A stretch of DNA of 64,000 nucleotides, from contig OX597822.1 of assembly GCA_951406725.2 (NCBI GenBank), forward strand, positions 11,904,001-11,968,000. The letters are read 5' to 3'. Below are positions 53,459 through 64,000 of the stretch, in pieces. This DNA is from Octopus vulgaris (taxonomy: Eukaryota). A program made the translations under genes and the position numbers. The notes below the pieces were generated by a model that saw only the letters and a list, made by a program, of their open reading frames with translations, had not been told where the DNA came from and made no database searches. Every line of letters begins with the position of its first letter. Positions within the stretch are counted from its first letter, which is position 1.

Positions 53459-54215
53459 GTATGTATGTATATGTATGTATATGCATATATACTTATATGT
53501 ATAGATATATTTATATACATCTATATATATATAAGCATACACACACACACATACACACGCATACCCCCCACCACACACACATACATATTTTCGGCATAAA
53601 AGTATATAGCTCGAATTATATGTTGAATTTGTTGAGAGAGGTGCGTGTGTGAATTGAATATAATAAAGAATAACTCGAAAATCTCGCCTATGATATTCTT
53701 CACGTCTTTTGTCCATATTCACACTGTTTAAAAATAGGTTTCTGTGTTCCATTTGTCTGACGAGAAGATCTGTTCAGAAACGAAAGGAAAGCCTTCTGGG
53801 TTTATTTTCTTTATTTGCTGTGTGAATTTGTTTCCATTTGCAAACCATATTTCATTTAATTCAAAATTTCGCATCTATCATCTCCTCCTTGTTGCTGCAG
53901 TTGCTGTAATTTCTATTGTTGCAGCTGTTGCTACTGCTGCTGCTGCTGCTGTTGTTGTTGTTGTTGTTGTTGTTGTTCTTCTTCTTCTTCTTGTTCTTGT
54001 TCTTGTTCTTGTTCTTCTTCTTCTTCTTCTTCTTCTTCTTCTTCTTCTTCTTCTTCTTCTTCTTCTTCTTCTTCTTCTTCTTCTTCTACTACTACTTCTT
54101 CTTCTTCGTTCGCCTTCTGCTGTCGACACTTTTATTTAGTATTCTTCATTTAGTATTTCCCAGTGATAACTTCATAAGTTTCCTCCTCTCTCACCAAATA
54201 TGCGTGTCCGTCCAC

Positions 54216-54271
<56 letters not shown>

Positions 54272-54373
54272 ATAAAAAATTGTAAGACAACAAAAGAAGG
54301 AAAGAGACCTCAATATTATGTAAATACAGGAATTTATCTGTAAATGTAATATGTGACAATTATTCGGTAGTCA

Positions 54374-54436
54374 AGATAAAACTCCGAGTTTCGGATGCCG
54401 TGGAGGAAAACCACGCCGCCATCTCTTCAGTTATCC
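54374..54436 (-). ncRNA. Type I hammerhead ribozyme
   Basis: GGAUAA-CUGAAGA-[GAUG..CGUGG-uuuuccu-CCACG..CAUCc]-GAAA-CUCgGAG-UU/UUAUCU. Confidence 0.8.
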
Positions 54437-54437
54437 G

Positions 54438-54507
<70 letters not shown>

Positions 54508-55646
54508 CATATAAACATATACGTGTATGCATGTGTGTGTGGCTGGGCGTGCATGTGTGTCTCCATGTCTGTGTATGTATGGGTGCACCATTTTGATATA
54601 CGACACAATATAACCCTTCACACTCACGAATATACATAAGTGTGCGCGTGTGTTCCTGCGTATATTAAGTCGCGAGGACCAATTGATTATTCCACTCCAT
54701 CATAAGTATTTCAAACGAGGGCTTGAATCGTATAGCACTGTTTAAATACTTTTATACTCTTACTAGAGAACTAAGGTGTCCAGGCCTCGTGTTTCATGCT
54801 TATAAACATTGAAGAAATGGAGAAATCACGATAACTTCTTGTATTCTATTTGGGTGGTATTATCACGTCTGTTTGCATCGGCTCTTGTATTAGAGTGTCT
54901 TGAATGCTGGATAACAACTTTGTAAGTGAATAACCGCATATCAGTTATACAAGTGAATATATAAATATCTATTCTACAGTATAACACAAAGGGGCAGATA
55001 TTCACTGGTTGAGCTTGAAGGGTGATACGTTCGACTGGTGCCGAAACCGCTGTGTTTCCTTGTTGACAGCTGACGAAAGGAGTGTCCCGCCGGGTAAAAC
55101 TCACAGTAAAATATAACCAAGAATATTTAAACGGCTTAATGCTTCTGAAATTGAAGAAAATCAGGCAATTGGATAGTGAGATAATAATACTAATAAAAGG
55201 TTAAACGACTTTATGAGTCAATTAGCAAAATGTACGCATTTACGAGAACTCAAGAATACTGTTGGGCATCGTTAACGGACTAAGTGAATATATAATTAAA
55301 ATGTTACGTTGGAATATATGACAATATTGTTACGCCAGTTAATTGGCTTAACGAGACGATGTGTGAAAGGTAGCATTGATTACTAGAATTCCTTTAGGAA
55401 TCAGTGGCTGACTTTATGATTGACAAAAGCTGAATTACAAAGCTTGAGATTCCTTCCTTCGCATATTCGCGTGCAGACGTCATTCAAATTCCAAACGTTG
55501 TTAAGATTGTTAAATCTGATTTGAAAGATATGTGCATATCAGAAATAATAATTAATATTATATAACATACACAGGCGCATACAAACAAATACACACACAC
55601 AAACACACACACACGTATGTGTGTGTGGTGTGTGTGTGCATGTACG

Positions 55647-55681
<35 letters not shown>

Positions 55682-55842
55682 ATATGTATATATATATATA
55701 TATATGTATGTATATATATATACATATATATATATGCACACTCATATATATATTTATATTGATATACACATATACACACATGACTAAGCATACACACACA
55801 TAAATTTTCATAGACATGTATATGTATATATACATATATCTG

Positions 55843-55885
<43 letters not shown>

Positions 55886-55947
55886 GTATATGTGCATGTA
55901 TATAATTACAATTATATATATATGTATATAGATACATGCACATATAC

Positions 55948-55993
<46 letters not shown>

Positions 55994-56296
55994 GTATATG
56001 TGCATGTATATAATTACAATTATATATATGTGTATATAGATACATCATACACACACACATATATATAGGCATTTCTAAATTCATATATATGAGATATTTA
56101 CGTACAAGTATTCATATACACACGGACACAAACCCCGAAATGAAGATACATAAGCCACATACAGACACAGACATGCGATCTTGACGAAAGCTAGCGTAAG
56201 AGTTCGTGTGAGGACGTGTGAACATACAGTTCTAATATATATTTATATGATTTTAAATCTAGTTATCCATATTATAATTTCACTCTCATTCACCAC

Positions 56297-56297
<1 letters not shown>

Positions 56298-56362
<65 letters not shown>

Positions 56363-56379
56363 GTCTGTCTACCTATCTA

Positions 56380-56444
<65 letters not shown>

Positions 56445-56457
56445 GTCAATCTACCTA

Positions 56458-56488
<31 letters not shown>

Positions 56489-56503
56489 CTATCTATATGT
56501 CTG

Positions 56504-56562
<59 letters not shown>

Positions 56563-56575
56563 GTCAATCTACCTA

Positions 56576-56626
<51 letters not shown>

Positions 56627-56633
56627 ATGTCTG

Positions 56634-56688
<55 letters not shown>

Positions 56689-56705
56689 GTCAATCTACCT
56701 ATCTA

Positions 56706-56762
<57 letters not shown>

Positions 56763-56820
56763 ATGTCTGACTATCTATGTATCTATCTATCTATCCATAT
56801 ATCTCTCTATCTATCTATCT
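56298..56820. repeat. Compound (ATCT)n microsatellite with a ~120-130-bp higher-order period
   Basis: The variant block ctgtcaatctacctatct recurs at ~56443, ~56561 and ~56687. Confidence 0.85.
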
Positions 56821-57015
56821 AGTTAGTCATTTTGTTAGCTAGCTAGTTATTTATCAATCACCCTAAATATCTATCTTCTCATGCTCTCTCTATCTCTATC
56901 TCTCTCTATAAGTATACATTCATATTCTCTCACTCTCTAACTGACATACAACTTCTGATGGTACATATTTAATATATGCGTTGTAGCGTACGTGTTATAA
57001 GCGTATGTATTTCTA

Positions 57016-57102
<87 letters not shown>

Positions 57103-57480
57103 GTATATGCATATATATAAGTGTTGGGGGTTACATATATATGTGTATGTATATATGTATATATATATATATATATATACATGCATACACATTTATATAC
57201 ATGTGTGTGTGTGTGTGTGTTACCAGCCATGAAAGATGAGTGAAAGATGAGAACCGAGAGAAGCGTTATCAATGGCAATTGGAATTTGCTTAACATGACG
57301 TCCACTCTACCAGGCACGGTCACAATAGTTACATAACGTTAGTTGAAACCTTTCCAGAGATTTAATAATGCTGTCCATACTTCAATAGTATCTATGTCCT
57401 TATTGGTAGACACACAATCCCATGCTCACGTTCATATATACATTGTGTGAATGGATGCATATATTATATATTTATGCATG

Positions 57481-57542
<62 letters not shown>

Positions 57543-57544
57543 CT

Positions 57545-57591
<47 letters not shown>

Positions 57592-57662
57592 TATATATAC
57601 ATATAAATATATAATATTCATGTAAATATATGTATAATATTCATGTATGTGCATATATATAA

Positions 57663-57709
<47 letters not shown>

Positions 57710-57722
57710 TATATATATATAT

Positions 57723-58109
57723 TAGTATATAATTAAAAGGGCAGGCAACAGGTTGCTCTGCTGCATACCGAAAGAATTAGAAATGGCAGTCAGAGACTGT
57801 TTATTTCCTTTTTCTACAAGTGGAGGCTCCATATACGACACAACCCTGCGATTCACAGACGCCAAATGGGAGTAGTAAATAAACGAAAACAATCTCTTAC
57901 CGTTAATGGTAAACATGTTTCTAGATCGTAGGCGAGAAATTGCCTAATTTCTTTCGTCAGCACCATATTCGATAGATTTATCAAATGCCACCAACCTCCA
58001 CCTCTGAGCAGGCGTCATCAGATAGTGGGGGGAAGTGTGCATAGGTTAAACCTAAGTAAACGACAGGGACCGTAAATTTTCTGTTGCCTGCCCTTTCAAT
58101 TATATACTA
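57723..58109. mobile_element. Short element with 29-bp inverted ends enclosing a hammerhead (Penelope-like pLTR)
   Basis: tagtatataattaaaagggcaggcaacag (57723-57751) and ctgttgcctgccctttcaattatatacta (58081-58109). Confidence 0.65.
57906..57966 (-). ncRNA. Type I hammerhead ribozyme
   Basis: AUGGUG-CUGACGA-[aAGA..UAGGC-aauuucuc-GCCUA..UCUa]-GAAA-CAUG-UU/UACCAU. Confidence 0.8.
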
Positions 58110-59289
58110 CTATATATACTGAACTATACATAAGTTCCAGACGCTAAAAGTCATATTTACATACCGAAATTTACCGGTAAATAATTGTTGGTTGTCTAAA
58201 AATCCACGAAAAAAATTATTTACCCTTTTTATTATATATATATATATGTAGATAGACAGATTTTATAGAAAGAAAGATAGATAGACAGATAGATATGTGT
58301 AACTTTGCAACACTTATGACTAAAATCCAGGGGCAACCCCTGTTCGCCTGACTTCTGTGTGATGCCACTGGACGGTTGTACCTATGTGTTTTTTTTATGT
58401 GTGTGTGCGTTTTCATGAGTTGCAAACAATCTTTATACTGAAATGTACACACGTAAAATGTTCCCGGTTCTACTCGCTATTGCCATCTGTGTTCACAATT
58501 AATGCAAATCTATAACGGAAGGCAAATGTACTACGTATATCATTCAGATATAAAATCTCTTATGGCGGACGTATTTTGTTTCAAAGTCAGGAATATATTT
58601 TTAGAAAACGGAAATCGTCATGGAGCAGCGCTCAGAATGCTAGATGCGTATTTCTGACCGTTTGTGCTTTGTCAGCAGCAGTTACTTAATTGCAAGCTCA
58701 GACTATTAGCTTATCGTCGCAACATCCAACTGACGAAGTGCAAAGAAGCAGAAATGTGCAATTGGAGTTCTTAACACAGATACAGGATGGTTTTCATCTG
58801 CCACTGATATATATATATTTTTTTTTTGGCACAGTGCGTCCTTAAGAGACATTATCTCCGAACGAATACCGAAGCTGGTTTGCGTTTCGTGATGAATTTA
58901 CATGAATTTACAATATGAAACGCTAATGCTTATTTTATCTAATGCTGCTGTCATTCAATATAGCCAGACGCCGCAGCATGTTAAGAATATAAAGTCGTGG
59001 CTCTGTGCTACCTAAACACATGGTTCTGGGTTCACTCCCACAGCATGGTTCCTGGAACAACTGTCTCCTGCTGTAGCCTCGAACCGACCAAAGCCTTTTG
59101 AATGGAGTGGTCGTGGCTGTACTAGAGAATTTAGGAAACATTACTTTATACAAAATTGGTGCAAAGTCGAACTACAACATAGAAGAGTTTTACTGGTGTA
59201 CATTTTATGTATTCCAGAGAATAGATGTGGATCGATCACACCTTCAACATATTAAACAGAGTATGCAGAATAAAAAAAAATACCTGCAT

Positions 59290-59509
59290 GGGTTCAGGTA
59301 TGACTGCGTGGTTACGAAGCTTGCTCTGTGAATTCGTGGTTCGGCTTAACCCCCCCCCCCCTCCGGAGCCCTCCACTGTAGCCCCGGTCCGACAAATGTC
59401 GTGTGAATGAAGTTATTAGGTGGAAACGTTATGGAGTCTCATAATGTGTGTGTGTGTTTTGCGTGTGTGTGCGTGTGCATGTGAATGTGTGCGTATGTCT
59501 ATGTGGGTT

Positions 59510-59560
<51 letters not shown>

Positions 59561-59840
59561 TCACACACATTTTTGTGCATATGTATGTATATTTATGTGT
59601 GTGTGTTTCTGTATGCCTGTATCTGTGCTTTTTTATCACCGTTTATCCTCCAGCCGCTTGATAACCGGTGTTAGTTTATTTGGAGTCTAGTAACTAAGCC
59701 GTTCGGCAAAAGAAACCGTTTAAATAAATTTCAAATAAAAACAAAACATAAGTCAGTGGTGTATTTGTTTGACTAAACTCTTCCAAACCGTGCCCCAGCT
59801 TGGCCGCAGTCACATGCGTGAAACAAGTAACTGATAAAAC
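59290..59840 (+). mobile_element. Degenerate family A SINE
   Basis: ccgcttgataaccggtgt..gttcggcaaaagaaaccg..gtgccccagcttggccgcagtc..tgaaacaagtaa. Confidence 0.65.
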
Positions 59841-61925
59841 ACAATCGATACACTTCATATTAGGTTGTATTCACAAGATTCAGTACTTTATGGAAGGTTG
59901 TGGGATTAGGGCGAAGCCGATCGGTTAAAATCACCCACAGAAAGCATTGCAGTGAACTTTCATTGATTACAACTAATTTTATATTTATCTTCTTTGTTTT
60001 CGTGCAACTAAATTAAAGGAAAAAGAGCAGCAGGCCAACAATCTTCAGATCTTCCGTAATTGCAAGTGTAAGAAAGAAGGAGGTGCTTGTCATTAGGTTG
60101 GAACCATATCTCCAATGTCTGAAACAAAATCTACTTCATCATCGGTTCTTTAACATTCCTCGCACATAAACAGGGTACACTATAAGCCAATTATTTTTAG
60201 CGGGCTTGTATATGCTAGTCTGATTAGGTATAACCGGTTGCATCTACCCAAGAACGTGATTAGCACTAAAGTATTTGGCACCACAGAAATGATTAACAAT
60301 TATGAAAAGATAGCATAAATTTTCTTTGCAATTTGGACTCAGAATACTGACGGATCGAACTTAATTCTTACCGTTTTCGCATTCAAATTTCAACTAACAT
60401 CTTAATACCTTTCCTACTGATATTTTCTGGGTAGCATGTCGGTGCTATTGTAGAATATCTAGAACCCAGTCAAAAACCCTTGTGTTCTTTAATCATAGTT
60501 CTTCACTTCTTCCATCCAATTCACACTGTCAAAATTGAATTTTATACATCTGGGATCGGTAAAAGATGATATACCAATCAAGAAGTGAGAGTAATATATT
60601 TGATTGTAGGTCTTCGGTTACCGTGTAGCTGTGCACCAACGTGAGCACATGAATATTGTCAGAATATATCGAATTATGTGGCAAATGAAATCGAGTCACT
60701 TAGTCTGAAGTACGATGGTGAAAATATTAAAAATTCTGATTCGATAGGCCTCCAGTTTTGACGTGGCAATTCACTTTTCTGGTTTCTATGGTAACAATAA
60801 AAACCAATAAAATACTATAAATTATATTCCATCGATTGCTTTCTCCTCCTTTCTTCGAAGGATCTTGCAGAATCATTCACTATCAGCAAATATGGAGCTG
60901 TCATTGTTAGCGTTTGTTGTATAGCCTATTTGTGCGGCGAATGGGCGCATTTGTTTCTAGATTGTAAAATAAATATACCTCCCGGGGTTTGTCACGCAGC
61001 ATCAGTTCAAAACCCGCTGAGATCAATTTGTCTTTTATCCTTTCAAAATCGATAGAAATATGCCGACACGGGGCGCTGGGTTGACGTAAATGTTACAGGG
61101 ATGAGTAATATGACTTACAGTATCTGATCCTTGAACAAACACGGATGTGTAGAGAAGAACACGGAATCCGTGCTCGCGTGGCCATATGCCTGCAGTCTGC
61201 ATCGGAAATTTAATCCATGCCAGCAGATGCTAAATTAACTTACCCGACGAAGGCCTGAATGATCTAACCCTTAAACACAACAGTCCTAGATACCACGTTG
61301 TCACCTTTTTTAAAATATGAGTATGTCCTGCCTTCAAAATGGCCGAACGTGATTAGATTCGAATGAAACTCGTGATGATTCCAGCACTCACACAAAATCT
61401 TATTCTTTTGTTCATAAGTAGAACGATTCAAACGCAACATTGCATAAAATATTTGTTGACAAAGAACAATAAACAACTATTGGTTTCAAACATTAAACTT
61501 TGGTTTGACACTTCTATGACAATCTCGTATTATATACTGGTTCTTTGGTCACTTTATAAAGACACTAACTTCAAAGCTACAATTGAAATACAAGATTTTT
61601 GGGAACAATGGTTGTCTACTGATTTTAAGTGTCTTTATGTAAAAATCTATGCAATTCAATGATGTTGAATTCTAGAATTGAATTTGTATTGCAAAAGAAG
61701 ACAACGGTATTTGCTGAGAGACTTGGCCAAATTTGTATTTGAATAAAGATCGAGACGACAGCTTATTGACGATATTGTATATATAGACTCGCATATAGCC
61801 GCCACAGCAATTACACAACTCGGACACCATTAAACAGAAATCTATACACGCAGACATCAATATACAGAATGCATAGAAGATTCTATGCAAATACACATGC
61901 ACACACACACAAGCATATATATGTG

Positions 61926-62051
<126 letters not shown>

Positions 62052-62129
62052 CTTGCATAATTGTATATAAACCTATATATATGCACATATGTGGTTCTAG
62101 AAATATATATATCTATAACAAAGAGGTAA

Positions 62130-62160
<31 letters not shown>

Positions 62161-62619
62161 GGTGTACGTGCTTTAGTTAATGGTGATAGTGTTACCTCTG
62201 AATACGTTGACACTAAAAGCAACAACAACCACAATGGCCACAACAGTAACTATGTAAATCTATTTAGTCATGTATTATTTATCTATATACATATAAATGC
62301 GTTCACGTACATATTCATGTATGCATAGATAGATGTAAACACACACTCATGCTCACAGACACACATACACACACATACACACACACACACACATATATAT
62401 CGAGACAAGTATCCGTCAAATGTGAATAATGTAAATAGTGTATATAATTCCTCATCTCTTAAATATAGAACTGTATATACCTATATGTATATATGCATAT
62501 ATATATATATATATATATGACCATTCCGAAATATAACAATATATATATATCTTTATACATATATATATGTATATGTATATATGTATATATATATATATAT
62601 ATATACATACATACATATA

Positions 62620-62658
<39 letters not shown>

Positions 62659-63252
62659 TTATACATATATATATATATGTATGTATATGTATATATGTAT
62701 ATATATATATGTGTGTATGTGTGTAAATATATATATATACATAGAGAGGAAGAGAGAGAGAAAGGTGGAGGGTGAGAGGCAGACAAACAAATAAATCCAC
62801 AGGTGCACGCAGGTAGAGGAATAAATAGATGCAATGTAATGGTTAACAAAATATTAAGGAAACAATTTGAGACACGGAAGAAATCAATGAACTTAGAAAT
62901 CGAGTGATATCCGCAGCGTGTTCGATAGTTAGGCAAAGATTTCGAAACGGCAATGTCCAAGCCGCTCACTTTCACATCAAGGACTACATACGATTGAGAT
63001 ATTTCGGCGTGTATTAATGGGAAAGATAATTAATTGCATTAGTTTATTATAACGAAGCTGATGCGCTGTAAGCTCCATATAGGTAAGGCGCTTATAGGAG
63101 AACCGGCAACATGAGTTGAAACAATTAAAGATAATGAGGAGTAGAATGTCAAATATTAAGGAAAAAATGTTCTGAGGATGGATGCAATATGTGTAATGTG
63201 TGTATGAAGCACCTATCTCTCTATCTATCTATCTATCTATCTACCTATATAC

Positions 63253-63293
<41 letters not shown>

Positions 63294-63295
63294 TC

Positions 63296-63658
<363 letters not shown>

Positions 63659-63659
63659 T

Positions 63660-63870
63660 GCTAGGGCGTAGAGTTCACAAAAAAAAGCAAAAGATGAAGC
63701 CAGGTCGTGTAGTCAACAAACAGATGTATTAGTTTAACGCTCGGGAAGTGAAAAATTCTTAAACGTTACGAGCCTACGCTTTTCCACAGAAATAAACAAG
63801 GAAAGAAAATAAAGAATGTGTAGTGGCTAGCGATCTATCATGGTGAATGTCGGACAGAGAGGTCACACTG
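63660..63870 (-). mobile_element. Penelope-like pLTR remnant with a decayed hammerhead
   Basis: Minus-strand ctgtggaaaagcgtaggctcgtaacgtt resembles CTGANGA-agagc..gctc-GAAACGT. Related to 7020-7170. Confidence 0.45.
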
Positions 63871-64000
63871 GAGAGCTACCTATCTATCTATCTATCTATC
63901 TATCTATATATATATATATATATATATATAATGTAATAAAGAAGAAAAAAATCCTTCAACGTTGTGCAAAACACCCAATTCACTGGTACGTCAGTTGAAA

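Overview
AT-rich, microsatellite-saturated eukaryotic DNA. The SINE, LINE and microsatellite content points to a coleoid cephalopod, most likely Octopus (inference). No host protein-coding gene can be called with confidence, and most ORFs in the track are microsatellite read-throughs. Recognisable content: (1) a full-length 6.1-kb Helitron (24473-30605, minus strand) with intact TC and hairpin-CTAG ends. Its RepHel ORF is broken by only two frameshifts, and its N-terminus carries nine in-register 23-aa STPR-like repeats. (2) Two stacks of R4/Dong-clade non-LTR retrotransposons inserted into (TAA)n, plus a non-coding, apparently structured passenger element with (TAA)n on both sides. (3) Two CR1-group LINEs whose 3' stem-loop tail is shared with the dominant tRNA-derived SINE. 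(4) Mariner/Tc1 remnants, Penelope-like fragments and a ~2-kb tandem duplication. (5) Many sequence-unrelated type I hammerhead ribozymes with palindromic stem III, the Penelope pseudo-LTR type. These include a U3:A8 covariant core present as an inverted pair, and the well-formed copies all lie on the minus strand.
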